63,989 nucleotides of DNA, filler included, from Perkinsus olseni (GCA_013115125.1; 6 parts of 6 records of this genome joined end to end with filler, not necessarily neighbours in it), one strand, 5' to 3'; shown: positions 26,101 through 40,618, counted from the first letter of the whole stretch. The notes: a model not told the origin generated them from the sequence alone. Made by a program: numbers and translations.

Positions 26101-29100
26101 GTGAACGGCTGCATCGCGCGGCCGCCTTGTGTCTGGCTCGACTTGTCGCTCGGGAGGATATCTTAGAGAATAACGTGAAGAACGACTTCTTCTCTCAACT
26201 CAACGTACGGGGGCGCGTGTGGAGTTGTAAGTGTTGATTGTGGCAACTCAGTAGCACTTAGTGGCTGGTTTCACGAGCTTAAGATATTTTTACAAATCTT
26301 GCAGAGATTTTCGGTAACAAATTTCTATGAGAGAATCTCTTCAATACTGGAAGGCTACTGGTATGGAGGCGGAATGTTATTACTCTGGATATATAAAGAT
26401 GCACTTCATGGTACCAACAGACAGATGGAGAATTAGAGAGTATTGATTTATTGTTCTCTAGTCTCTATTTTCTATTTTCTGCGTAAGTTATGTACAGTGT
26501 GTCGGACGCACGGTATGAACCGATATGAAAGTTCTTAGGGAGAAATCCCAACAGCTTTCGGATCATCGTTGCGGCGGCACAGGGCAAACAATAAGATAGA
26601 AAATGTATTATTAAGAAATGAAAAATTTTAATTCAAACTAATGTATTTTCGGATATTATCTGATCCTCATGCAGGCCCTGTCGGACATCACTTCGGTATT
26701 AGAGGACTCGAATGGGTGGCAGTCGCCATGCATCTTGGTCGCGCATCAACTCAGCAAGCTTCCTACTCTCCGCAATATGCCCAATTCTGAGCTCATTGCG
26801 ATCGTCCAGGCAGGTAGCAGAGCTTGGGGTAAGGCTTTTCCGGTTGACCTCTGTGGCGTGTCTATGAGATTTGTTAGGACTCCGAGGCGCCCCTAAGAAG
26901 GTCGTGGTCGCCTTGTGCGGGCGTATCTGTGCTGAGCTGGTCGACCGAGAGTGCCCCGACCATGTCCGTCAAGCTCGGCAGCAATGGAGGTAGGCGGCGA
27001 AGTTGCGCTAGGGTTCTCGTTTTATAATTTTGCACACAAAGCGAAATTGTCCCGCACTATTTGAAGTAAAGCTGGTTGTCTTTCCTAGTTTCCGGACTCC
27101 CGAGATATTTTCGGTAAAACAGTTGATCATCTCCATGATGACTATTAGTCATTGACTAATCACCACGTCTATCGTCGTTCGATCTGAGGGGCCGTCTCGC
27201 CACGCCTCAGCTTGGGAGTGGCTGTTGAACATGTTACAATGCGCAACTGTAGGAAGCCGTATGATGATTTCGGCCGTTAGTTCGGGTTGAAGTGACGGCA
27301 GCGGAACGAGCTATGTGGGGCCTTCTGGTGCCGGAGCCGAAGATGGTCGGGATTCCGCACTGGATCAAGACTCTCATGTGTTAGGGAGCTTGTTGCAAGT
27401 TGACAGTTTCAACGACTTGCGGGCTCCCAGGGTTACTCAATGACGATAGAAGGTCTTGTTGAAGCGGGTAATGAGGCCTATCGAGGGATGAGCCTGAGGG
27501 CATGCAGGTCTATTAGTGAGCGTGTTGGTTCAAGCAACCCGCTTTTGGAGGGTGATGGAGCAACCCGAACTGTCAAGCTGTAGAGGGTCAGGAGGAGCGA
27601 GTCTCGACGAAGCTTATAATGAGTGGTCCTCATAGTCTCACACACTCTACAGTTTGACACTCTCGACCAGGAACTGCGGGTCTTCATCATGGGCAGGTTC
27701 CGTTGGACAGCTTTCTTGGTGGCTCTTGGTTGTACTCTGACGACCTGAAGTGCCGGCTCTCAGATACACGGCTTCGACTTGGGCCGAGGTTACAGGGAAA
27801 AATAACTGCCAATAGCCTCTACGGTCGCACATCTCATTCAGAACAGAATACCGAGACAGCCCAGCTGTTGAAACCATGGCGAATCTTCTCGCTCAGAAGA
27901 TATCCATCCATCCAACTATCGCTAGCAACAAATCTCCAGGTGTGGAGGAGGAGTCGGATAGGAATACGCACAGCGAAGATTGTCACGAGCATATCTTCTG
28001 CACAGGGCCTTCCCACCCGGATATCGAGAATCTATAAAGATTCCTCATGGACCCAGAATATCCCCTTCCGAATCAGGAGTTGTGAACTGTCCGTTTCTTG
28101 TTGAGTTTTTCTGTTTCCTCGGAGGAGAGACGCCAGTCCGATCTGAGCTCGGGGCTGTGGTTTTTTTCATCATCACCTCTCGCACTTGAACGGCGATCGT
28201 TTAAGTTACTGTGCGCTCGGGTTTGATATGCAAATCGATCAGAACGCTGTGGAGCTGACAAACTAGAGCTGTGGATTCTAAGTTAGGAGGCTGGTATATT
28301 ATATACTAGCTACAGCGTTTTGATCGATAACCAGAGTTGTAACTAGAGCTGTAACTAGAGCTGTAACTAGAGCTGTAACTAGAGTTGTAACTAGAGCTGT
28401 AACTAGAGCTGTAACTAGAGCTGTAACTAGAGCTGTGGATTCTAAGTTAGGAAGTTAGTATATATCCGTTGGTCGATGGTGATGCATTATCAGGTATCGT
28501 CAGGCGGGCGGTAGACGTCTGTGCTCTCCTCTGCCACAGGAGGCTCTGTCTGATGCGAAGAAGGTGAAGGTCGACGATGAGCTGACCGTTGGTGAGTTCA
28601 GTATGCGACAATCAGTTCAGAACCTGGTAGGGTCTCTCTAGCTCGGGGTATCTGCTAGCTCGGATTTTGGGTATCTTAGGTTGAAAATGTGATCGGAGAG
28701 ATCCTTCTGCCGTCCCTGGAGGACCCCGTTACAGTAGTCCGATGGGCTGCCGCTAAGGTAGGGCCTTTTGCTACACTGGTCGCTGATGACGCCAGGTCAA
28801 CCTTTGGGTGCTTCAAGGGCCGTCCTTTTTTCTCGAAGAGGATGACAAGGACCGTCCTTATCATCCTCTTCGAGAAAGTAAGAGTTACGTCCGACGATGC
28901 AGAGTCTTTCAGCGTCGTCGGGAAGGCCCCTGCCATCGTTACCTCGAAGCGTTGTACTCTAGTCCTGCTATTCTCCCACTGAGGATTTCGTGAGCATCTC
29001 AGGCGCTAGGCCGGGTTTCGAACGTTCTACCATCGGCAGCAGCAGTCGACGTCCTCGCAGCTCTCACTCCAGATGGTGATGATGGTCTCAGAAGTCTTGG

Positions 29101-32100
29101 AAGCGCTCATAGGCTGCACGGAACGAGCCTTGCCGTTGCTGAGATGCTACGCAGGTGAGTCTGTCAATGCACCGTCGGCCCGATGAATTTCGCAACTCGA
29201 GTCGGTGACGTGTTCTCATAGCTTCAAGAAGATGGACTGTGCTCTCCCTCGTTGTAGTAGTTGTAGGACGCAGCTTAAGTAAATTGGCCTCTACCGCATA
29301 GTGGATGAGGTAGAGCAGATAGGAGGTGGAATAATTGAGAGAATGAGTTGATAATACGAAGCTAGTATGAGCGCAGCTCAGTTGTGCATGTAGACAGTGC
29401 AACTGTCAGCAGTCGGGCTAGCATCGCTTTATGATCCCTGTGATGACGTGATATAATTTCAGGTTGGGTTCGACAGCCCTCGCCTTCGATAGCCCTGAGT
29501 CTCTCGGGTCCCTCCTCGACAAAGTAGCCAGACCAGCGTTCGAGTGTCAAGGCCTTGCAGCTGCTCGAGACGCCGCCTGCTTCGTCTTGTGGGCGGTGGC
29601 GAGGGGAGTCTGCGATCAGGAGATAGTTGGCAGGAATTTGGACATGATTTTGAGACTACTGGTGAGAAGCCAGTATTGGTGCCGTATCGTCGGCTTACCG
29701 AAGAGCTGCCTGCTCACTGACCGGGAACGTTTGGCCCTTAGCTCAACCGGGTATCAAGCAATCCCCGCGCGGATTCTGTTTCGATGGTATCGCGCTCGAG
29801 GGCTTCTCGTTCCCGACCGCCTTGTCCTGTGACTGCGGAGATTCGTGATTTTTTCGTGTTCCGAAATTGTGATTGAGAGTCGATCAACTCACAAGACTGC
29901 TGGCTACAAATTCGAATGGACAAAACCTTCATCGGCAGTCCTCGGTGGATTGACCAATGGCTGCGGAGACTTGTCATTTTCCGTCTTTCGAAGTTCTGAT
30001 GAATAGCTATCTGACCTCATCTGATGAACTGGCAAATAAACTTGGACAGTCCTCGCGCGAGTTGAACAAAGTCCCAAGTACCAGCCAAAGACAAATCGTC
30101 CTGGGCTGGTAGCCAAGGGCTACTCCCCAAAGTTCGAATTAATGAAGACTTTACCAGCAGTCCTTGGCAGGTATGCTCCTCCCTTCTCGACCCCAATATA
30201 GTAGTCCGGCGTGCGGCCTCGGCTGCAGCCCAGGAGGTCGTCGGTCGGCTGGGATGCACCACTGCTGATGATGCTGGCTTCCTCTTCGTCAATCTGGTCG
30301 ACTATTGGACTGTCGCTAATCGAAGCTACGCGGCCACTACCCTTCTTGGGGACGTTACAGGTAGGCTAGGCCGTAACGAGGGCGACATTCGGGTTCCGCG
30401 GCCGATGGGGACCCTATGTGAAGAGGCAGCAATTTCTACGCAACTCCCCTGTAGTGTCCACCGACACCCAGTCGTCGTCTCATGGCCGCTATTCATCTTT
30501 TCCTGGCCCGACTGAAAGGCCTTTTCAGGTAAACTGTGTGTCGGAGATCCTCATCTAGTGCCTTTCGTCTTGGATCATCTCTGCCGTCTGCACCTCAGGT
30601 GAGTTGCCCTCGGGGCTCCATCTCCACCGTTCGACGATTCGCCTCGCCTTGTCCTTCCCGTCTTTAACCAAAAGCGCGAGTGAGGTTATCGCCTTGGTAG
30701 GAGCCCTGACAAGAAGACTCGAGAACTCGCGGCTCGAAGTATAGGGGCAGTTGTCCCGTTCGTGGATGAAGGTCGCCTTAGCGAGGTAGGTAGAAAAGTA
30801 CGGGCTGTGGGAATCGAACCTGGGTCCTCTTCTCAGTATATATCGCATACGCTGTTGCCAGCGTGTCTTGAAGAAGCCGCCTCTCACCCGACGACCTTCC
30901 GTCATGGAGCGCTGCTGGCCGTTTCTGAAGTTGTGGTGGCCTGCGAGAATCTGGTAAGTGCCAAGGGAAGAGTTCTAGCCTCTCCTTAGGGGACGGCGGC
31001 GTACACAGGAACAACCAAACTGGCTCAGTGCGTTCGATGTTGATACTCACATCCCGGGAAACTGAGATTTTTACGAAGTTTTTACAGACCTTAGTTGGGC
31101 TGCTCTTCGGGACTTGCATGTCAAAATCGCAATTGAAGTTTGAGCGTTGTTGATACCTGGACGCAGCGTCAGTGTTACAGGCCCTCAACCTCGATGCGGA
31201 TGCCCTATGATTGTGTGGAGGGCTACTAGCCCTGGGCTAGTAGCGAAGGGAATGGGTTTTGATGGTATTTGAGCCCCTCGGGTAGTCCGCAAAAATCAAA
31301 TATTATTCAGACGAGGGTCCCCCGGGGATGTTCCCAAACCATTTTCAAAGTATGGCTCGCCCCGGTCGAAGGGATACTCCCAATCTGTCCAACACTTTAA
31401 TGGTCGTATTTCTCGATCAGGTGCGCAGAGATGGATCGCGCAGCGGGAAAATTTTGGATACCTCTACCACCACGTTGATCCGGAACGTAGTCCCCAAGCT
31501 CGAGAAGGCTCGGCTGTATCGGGGGCGGGGAGGAGAGATGATTCGAGCGGCGGCTTGCTCGTTGGTGCAGGCTGTGTTTTACGTAAGTTGAAACGCCGCC
31601 GACCCTCGTGTCTGCTGATGGCTGGCCATTGTCTTTGTAATGTAGATTGCTGAATATCTCTAGGGAACTCGTAGGCAATGCAAGCTTGCAAGTTAAGGCA
31701 ACAAGTTGCAACTCATCGTGTGAAATGGTCGTTCATCGAGAAAGCGCTCGAAGGGGCGCCTTACCAGACGCATTCATACCAAAACTTCACGAACAATCAG
31801 AAGAATATTTCAGGAGGGATCATGCCAACTGTTCTATAGCAATGGAGTGAACGCAACCTTTTAGCTGTCATGATCCTTCCCCGAGATAAACCATTGCTGA
31901 ACGGCTTCGAGTCTTAGCTGTGCCCGCTGGGAGACCGGTGTACTTTCGTCTGCAGCAGCACTCCGACTGCCTAGGGTTTTGTGATCAGGCCCGGAGTTGC
32001 ATTCCGTTGAAGCCCAACACGATCCCTCGGTACATTCAAAGCATCAACTCCAGTATACGTCACTTCACTGCAGCGGTAGTGTCGATGATCATCGTCTCAG

Positions 32101-32800
32101 AAAAAAACTTCGCTCCGCCTTTTTTAGGTCCAAATTGCTGCTGCGGAGGCGTTGATGGCTCTGGTCGTGTGTCGGCCCGGCGAGGCAACCATTGATGAGA
32201 TCACAAGAGCCGAGGCTGATTACGTGAAAAAACTTAAAGTCACGGATGAGAACGTTGCCGCTCGCCGAGGATACGTACTGGCCTTGGCTCTATTGGCCAG
32301 GGCTCGAGAGGCCCCTCCCCAACCTGAAGTGGTTTCCCTCTTTATACGGGAGGCCACTGCCTGGCCGGAGCATCCGATCTCGAAGGATGTCGTCGACGCG
32401 GAAACTCGTCGCTGGGCTGTCGTCGGGTTGCTTGCGGTGGCCGAGAAGGGCGGGTCTGAAGTTGCTGCGAAGGTCGTCAGAGCGTTGGTGAGATGTATGG
32501 TGATCGACTATGCTACGGACACTCGAGGCGATGTGGGACGGTGGATTCGACAGGACGCGGCCACAGGGGTGTCGGCTTTGGTCGCCCTGGCTTCATCGGG
32601 AGGGCTATCTTCATCGTGGCGAGAGGCGCTTCTGGCGGATGAAACTTTGGCCGGGTTGATCGCGGCGAGTGTGAGCAGATTGGACCACGTCAGAGTGGTG
32701 GCCCTTCGCGGCATTGAGGATATTGCCATGGGGCGGCGGCGACAGGAAGGGGGAGCCTTCGCCCTGGTGGGTGCAGTTGGGTCGGCGTTTTCTCCCTGAA
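23105..32800 (+). CDS. TBCD: Tubulin-specific chaperone D (many exons; 3' end probably truncated)
   Basis: LDAHM, VRG..FPHEISLIEPVL, LEDPVTVVRWAAAK|ALGR, HGTSLAVAEMLRR, RDAACFVLWAVAR, VVRRAASAAAQEVVGRLG, RHGALLAVSE, LEKARLYRGRGGEMIR, DYATDTRGDVGRWIR. Confidence 0.92.
24586..24673 (+). pseudogene. tRNA-like fragment (B-box/T-arm) in a TBCD intron
   Basis: CGGTTCGAATCCCAGGCTCGGCA followed by TTTTT; no 5' acceptor strand, so no full cloverleaf. Confidence 0.45.
28329..28436 (+). repeat. 12-bp minisatellite (AACTAGAGCTGT)x9, intronic
   Basis: Nine tandem units, two of them variants (AACCAGAGTTGT, AACTAGAGTTGT). Confidence 0.95.
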
Positions 32801-33411
32801 AGTCGCCGTATGTGTGACGCAGAAGCCTCTAAGAGCTTTCCACTTCGGAATACTGCAATTGAGCCCGGGCAGGCTGCCAAAAAAAGAAAAACTCTAACAA
32901 CTGGAAACTTTGCAACTGGAAGTAGATTTCTGAGATGACTGTGTTTGCACGCTGTAGCGCAAGAGTTCGCGTAACTGAGAGTGACCAGTTGGTGTGTGGC
33001 TATCGTAGCTCAGTCCAGGACTGCCATTGTGTGGCGCATAGAATCCATTTTACTGGTAATGGTTTATTGAACTCCCTGTTAGAGGGGTAAAAACTACGCG
33101 GCTTGGTCGAGCACAAAAGTTGTGGAGTTGTGAGCCTCTGAATCAATTCTGAAATCGATTTTACACGTAAAATGCGGTAGGAGAAAGTAGAGCAACAAGG
33201 CAACTTGAAGGATGAGTTTGTATGCTTAGTGATAGGCTAACAATGGCAGTATCTACCGGTAGCTAGCCTAGCGCTAGCACCGTGTCGTCTTAGTAGAGGC
33301 TTCGTCGGTTTCGGCTTGAGCGAGTTTATCAGGCAATTTGCTGCTGCTGCTGATAATGCAAGCTTGTCCCTGTTCAGGTCTATGAGTCAATTCGGAAAGG
33401 CTACGAAGCGC

Positions 33412-33511
33412 NNNNNNNNNNNNNNNNNNNNNNNNNNNNNNNNNNNNNNNNNNNNTTAATTAATTAANNNNNNNNNNNNNNNNNNNNNNNNNNNNNNNNN
33501 NNNNNNNNNNN
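33412..33511. other. Assembly linker
   Basis: N run with TTAATTAATTAA. Confidence 0.98.
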
Positions 33512-33975
33512 ATTAGTGGCTAGGCGTAGCGAAAAAGTGGCCGGGGCGAGCGAATTAGTGGCAGCGAAAAGTTGATGGGAGGGTCATGTAACAGGGCCAG
33601 CAGCCCATGTTGACCGTTACTGGCGAGGCTAGTTATGGTAGGCTTACTACCGGGCGCATGGCAGCATAGGTATGTGCAGCGTGTTATATTGCGTTAGTGT
33701 AGGATCTGGAGTGGGTTACTTTCGGACTGATACTGGCGATTTTGGGACGTCTCTGAGTCAGATAGGGGAGTCCGCGCCGAGCCCTCCCTTCTCAGGTGAG
33801 CTCTGAGGAAGACTAAGCACGGTTCATGCATTGATGGCCTCCTTAGTCGAACTCACAGGAGGCCTCTCGTCTGTCGTATCGCTTTCTATCTGCAACTGTG
33901 CCCTATTGCTGGAGTACCTCCAGGCAACTGAGCCGTCTCCGCGTTAGTAACTTGAGTTTTCATTGAAGTTGTCAT

Positions 33976-34713
33976 ATGTCAAACATCCGAAGCTTGTTCG
34001 ACTCTAACGACGACGATCAGCAGCAGCACCCCAACGACCCCAATGCTACCAGCTCTTTTACTGGCGGGGAGAAGTCAGGCTTGGCGGTTTTCAACCCCCC
34101 AGAGCCGGGCCAGCAGAAGCCTGACAATCGTTTTATGGTTACCGTGTATCGTAATGGCTTTCAAGTGAACGGAGGCCCCTTCAGGGACACATCTATACCA
34201 GAGAACGCCCAAGCCCTGCAGGATATGCGTCAAGGCATCGCTCCGCCAGAGATCCAGCAAGCCGTCGTTGCTTCCGGTCAGAACATGCGGGAAGTCCAGG
34301 TTATGGTTAATCAGAAGGACGAGGACTACTCTGGCCCAACTCAAGCGGAGGCTAACAGTGGCGAGGCTGATAATGGTCTGTTCGCTGGTCAGGGACAAAC
34401 CCTCGGCGGTAGTGGCTCAGGATCTGGCACTAAGGTCGAGACTCACACTGGAGCTACGGTACACTTGGATGAGTCCAAGCCCATGGGTACTATCCAGTTC
34501 CGCTTCCCTGATGGCCAACGGAAAGTGCAGAAGTTCAACTTGGACTCCCACAAAGTATCGGACGTCGTGGCCTTCGCAGCCTCCTGCATCGGAGCTGACC
34601 CCGCCGCCCTCACGCTGGTCTCGGGATTCCCGCCCAAGCCCCTTGCTGATCTCAGCCTCAGCGTCCGCGATGCGGGCCTCGATGGCGCGGCGGTTACCGT
34701 CAAGTTGAACTGA
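33976..34713 (+). CDS. p47/Shp1-like p97 cofactor (SEP-SHP-UBX), intronless
   Basis: FTGGEKSGLAV, SEP domain TVYRNGFQV..GPFR, SHP box FAGQGQTLG, UBX domain TIQFRFPDG..GFPPKPL. Confidence 0.92.
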   Translation: MSNIRSLFDSNDDDQQQHPNDPNATSSFTGGEKSGLAVFNPPEPGQQKPDNRFMVTVYRNGFQVNGGPFRDTSIPENAQALQDMRQGIAPPEIQQAVVASGQNMREVQVMVNQKDEDYSGPTQAEANSGEADNGLFAGQGQTLGGSGSGSGTKVETHTGATVHLDESKPMGTIQFRFPDGQRKVQKFNLDSHKVSDVVAFAASCIGADPAALTLVSGFPPKPLADLSLSVRDAGLDGAAVTVKLN

Positions 34714-34850
34714 GTCGTTTATTTAATTTTGTGACTACTACGACAGGAAGGCAGCACCCTCCCTTGGACCATTTCATAGACCGTCTTTCTTTCGTTCTCT
34801 CTTCACCACTTCGTCGTGTTCCCTCTGTCCACAGTGCTACTCTTTACCAC

Positions 34851-36168
34851 ATGTCTAGTATCCCCACTGGTGACCAGCATTCCGCCAAGCGTAACATCCA
34901 GCTGCCGGACTCTCCCGACGAGTGCCTGGCAGTCGGCATCAAGGTTATACAAAATGCCTACGTGTAAGTACTTATCAGAACGACCCTTGTCCAGATTCCT
35001 CGTGTGATGTTCAGGTCGAAAATGCAGGCGTTGGAGCATGAAGCCCGTGCACTGAGGTTGAGCCTCGATCAAGAGAAGGCTGCTGTGAGGGGCTGCTGCA
35101 GCTCAGGGTCGACTACTTGCTGATGATCGTGTTGCAGCACATGCAAACATTGAAGAGGGCCAATGCCTTGGACGTGGAGCTTATCGATTCTCGCGAGACT
35201 GGCAAGAAGTTGCAAGAGGAAAACAGGAACCTCCTCCAGACCTTGAGGGCTGTACTGGGGGGCCCCGGCTCTCGCCAAGTGTTGTTTTCCGAAATCTTAT
35301 TCTTTTCAGCAAAATCAGCAGCTAGAACACTTCGAGCGGCTTAAGCAGACTCTCGTCGGCGGCTTGGACTCCTTCCAGAGCGACTCGTCCAGGATACAGG
35401 ATGCAGACGCTGGAGGGTACGCGGACTCGAGGTTCCTAAGGCAAGAAAGCTATCTTCAAGTGAGGTTATGCATTCACCGTTGTCGTGTTGCCGATGATGG
35501 TATATTCAGGGTATCGCTCCCATGGCTACCTCTTCCGCTCCTCCACCGATGTGCACCACTGTAGTCTATTCGTCTATTGTTTTCTGCGAGCATTTTGCAT
35601 GTTTCAGCCGGTGGCCTCGGCCAGCGTATTCGGCAGCTTCACCGCCAGCACTGGTCAGAACCAGCAGAACGGCAGCAGCCAGTTCGGGATTCCCAACCCT
35701 GGACTCAACTTCACCTCCAGCGTTCCACAGGCTTCTGGTGCATCTCCTGTTAATAAGAGTACCTCTTCGATATCGGGTATCGGCATGCAGCAGAACCCCG
35801 AAGATGTAGGCCCCCCTCTGAAGTCGTTAGCTCAGTGGCATCTTATCTCAGAGTGCTATGCGGGATGTGAGCGGGGACAGCACTGGAGGCCGTGCAAGTG
35901 GGATCGACGGCAAAAGCTTCTTCAAGGTGGCCAGGTCGAGGTGGGCTGCTACTGTACTACCATTGTTGTCAGTGTGTCAGCGTTCTGTCGGTGTAGATTG
36001 TCCTACGAGTCCTTCAATAAGTTCTTAGCTAGCATCAAGCGTCTCAACGCCCAAGAACAGAGCACTGATTCAACTCTTGCTGATGTCAAGAAGATCTTCG
36101 ACGAGGATGGCGAAGGGAATGATGATCTCTTCTCGGACTTTGCCGCTTTGATCCACAGGCGTGATTGA
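34851..36168 (+). CDS. Coiled-coil protein, At4g15545-like, spliced
   Basis: N-terminal LPDSPDECLAVGIKVIQNAY, central coiled coil, C-terminal DGKSFFKVARSRLSYESFNKFLASIKRLNAQEQS..KIF..DLFSDF. Confidence 0.7.
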
Positions 36169-36448
36169 AAGCTAAGCATGGTGAATTAAGGGTAGTACCA
36201 TTCATGACGGGGATATGCACCACGGTCTCAACAACAACAACAACAACAGCACGTGCACGGGCTATTGAGGTATCCAGCAGTATTGAGTCCTGTTGCGCTC
36301 GGTGGTGGAAGGGGGGTCGAAGGTTCGAACTCAAATAAGGAGTATCCTTTTCCTTAGTGGTGTCGTGTACTGATGGGAGCCCGAATATGCTCTCATCGAT
36401 CGAGTTATTGCCATCCTATCAGGGTGGATCCATTGTCGTTTATTTCTA

Positions 36449-38275
<1,827 letters not shown>

Positions 38276-38488
38276 ACACACCCATTGTTTCAACAACCTG
38301 TTGTGATGATCCAGCCGCTGTTCCTGGTCGTCTTGGTCGTACTTTACACCACCAGCAGCGATGGTAGTAGTAGCAGTAGCAGCAGTAGTTGAAGTTTGAT
38401 CATATTTCGTGGAGGTTATCACCATTCTGCTTTGGGTTGAGCTCAATGAAAGGCACTCTCGTGTGCAGTGCTGGCATTGATGTAGTTA

Positions 38489-39466
38489 ATGTCCAAAAGC
38501 CAACCCGATGGTTATGTACTGCACTCGAAGAATCATCTGAAGTCGATGTTAGTACCCAGGCAGCCCGAATCATCACCGAGCACGGCTGAGCCTTGGCGGT
38601 CTCCTCTGCAATACACGGAGACAGTTTTTGTGCACCCTTTAGAGCACCCCATGAACCAGCTGTACGAGGGAGTCTTTAAGTGCCCTCTCTGTACAACGGC
38701 ATCCTTCTTGCCGTGCGGGTTCAGGAGGCTACAGGAACACTACTTCGAAGAGCACTTCTCGCAGGGAGTCAATCTTGGTGCTATCACGACATTCCGTTGT
38801 CGTTGCGAATGGGGTGGTAGGTCCGAGAGGACGCTGCCCCTCCGCCGTGCTCGGGCAGCCAGTGAAGGTTCCTTGACAAGCCCTTACTCTGGACGACGGT
38901 CATTATCGACTGACGCTTTTGGAGGGTCGGGTGCCACTTCTGCATCTTCCCGCTGTTCTACGGACAGCACCAGTCCGACCGAGTCTGCACGGTCCCTTCG
39001 ACGGCAGAGAAGGACCCCCGATAGGTTTGGGAAAGCCGTACCCTACCATTACCATTGTCCTTACTGTGAACATTCTTGTAGTGGTACGGCTGAGGAGATC
39101 ATCATGCATGCTAGAGTGGCCCATCGGATACGAGTCACGGCCTCCGATGAAGACTGTCGCCCTAGGGAGGGCAAACGTGAGATGACATTAGAGGACCCCT
39201 TGTCACCATCGAGACTTTCTGAAGGCCCTAGCGAGGAAGGGTCGACTAAGAGAGTTCGTTTCAACAGCCAAGTGAGGGTAAGGTTGATGGACTCGGATGC
39301 TTCCAGAGTTGAGAAGCTCGGAAGTATCCTTGGTGATGACCCGAGGAAGGAGGTCTTCGCCAGGGGATGGCTGAACGCTGCGGTGGAGTCAGCTGTTGGG
39401 AGCGAGTACTCGTGGATGTCTGATGTGCCGGCAACTGCTTCGAACGACTATCAACAGACGTCGTGA
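38489..39466 (+). CDS. Hypothetical protein with C2H2-like zinc-binding motifs (intronless)
   Basis: 325-aa ORF with CPLC..H..EEH and YHYHCPYC..H...H; also RVRF (RVxF-like). Confidence 0.65.
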   Translation: MSKSQPDGYVLHSKNHLKSMLVPRQPESSPSTAEPWRSPLQYTETVFVHPLEHPMNQLYEGVFKCPLCTTASFLPCGFRRLQEHYFEEHFSQGVNLGAITTFRCRCEWGGRSERTLPLRRARAASEGSLTSPYSGRRSLSTDAFGGSGATSASSRCSTDSTSPTESARSLRRQRRTPDRFGKAVPYHYHCPYCEHSCSGTAEEIIMHARVAHRIRVTASDEDCRPREGKREMTLEDPLSPSRLSEGPSEEGSTKRVRFNSQVRVRLMDSDASRVEKLGSILGDDPRKEVFARGWLNAAVESAVGSEYSWMSDVPATASNDYQQTS

Positions 39467-39939
39467 CAGAACTATTCCTACTTTATCTATGTCAAGCTAG
39501 AGTGTTTAAATGGCCTAGCCCACGATAAGGTTGTAATATTTGTTCTCAAAACAATGACTTGTGTATGGTGAGAATGAATCCCCGACGAATTCATCACGCC
39601 AGCCTGGACGTGACCTTATCACGTCGTTAGAGATTCGGCATGCAGGTTTTATCTCAATTTTGAGCGATATGCTGGGCGACTGTAAGACAAAAATTAAGGA
39701 CGGTTCTCACGTCTTCTCACTCATTGCATGACGACAAATCCCACAATGCCACCCAAGTGAATGTTAAATAACACAATTCATCGATATCAAGTGTCCGGCC
39801 GAAACTGCTGTTGTTGAACGTCGTAGGTACCATCAAACCAGCTAGCGTCATCACCGTCACCATCGACAATGTTACCAAGCGGCAGCCATCACTACAATAT
39901 ACAGTAGCGAAGGCAACAGCATAGTAGTAGGCAAAGCAT

Positions 39940-40618
39940 TTATCGATAGGACTTCTGGAAGCGTGCGCGGGCGGAACGGCCACCGAACTTCTTGGGCTCG
40001 CAACGACGGGGATCGGCAACGAGGAGGGAACGGTCGAAGGCGATCAGGATGTCGCGGATCTCGTTCTTAGAGACCTCATCGATGTCTGCACACAAATGGA
40101 AATAACAAGGGTACGACAGGGAGGGCGAAAGCGACGAAAACAGCATCCGTTATCGGTTATTACACTTCTGGTAGTAAGAGACGATTCCCTTGGCGATGGC
40201 CTGACGGATGGCGTAGATCTGGGAAGTGTAACCACCACCACGAACGCGGACGCGGACGTCAATGTTCTGGAAGCGCTCAGCACCGAGGAGGAGGATGGGC
40301 TCCATAGCCTTCACACGAAGGGTAGGAGGGTTCACCTGACCAACGACAACATCAGGTCAAGAAGAAGGGCACCTCAGTATGCTTGCACAGTCAATGACGC
40401 GAACTACCCTTCACACGAATCGATAACGGTCTACTAGCTGCAGCCAAGTCCCCAGCGACTTTCGATAAGACCCTATTGATGGTGTGCATTACCTGATCCA
40501 AAGGCATGCCGTTGACACGGATCATACCCTTGCCAGTAGAGACAAGGGCGACGGCAACAGCGTTCTTCTTGCGGCCAAAGGTTTGGCAGCGCTCCTCCTT
40601 TACAGCGTTGTAAGACAT
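39940..40618 (-). CDS. RPS16: 40S ribosomal protein S16 (uS9), spliced
   Basis: [63 protein letters not shown]. Confidence 0.98.

Noticed and set aside
28329-28436. CRISPR array
   Set aside because: No spacers, 12-bp tandem units, eukaryotic intron.
23105-32800. TBCD as a pseudogene
   Set aside because: The stops examined fall in GT-AG introns, and the conserved exons read are open.
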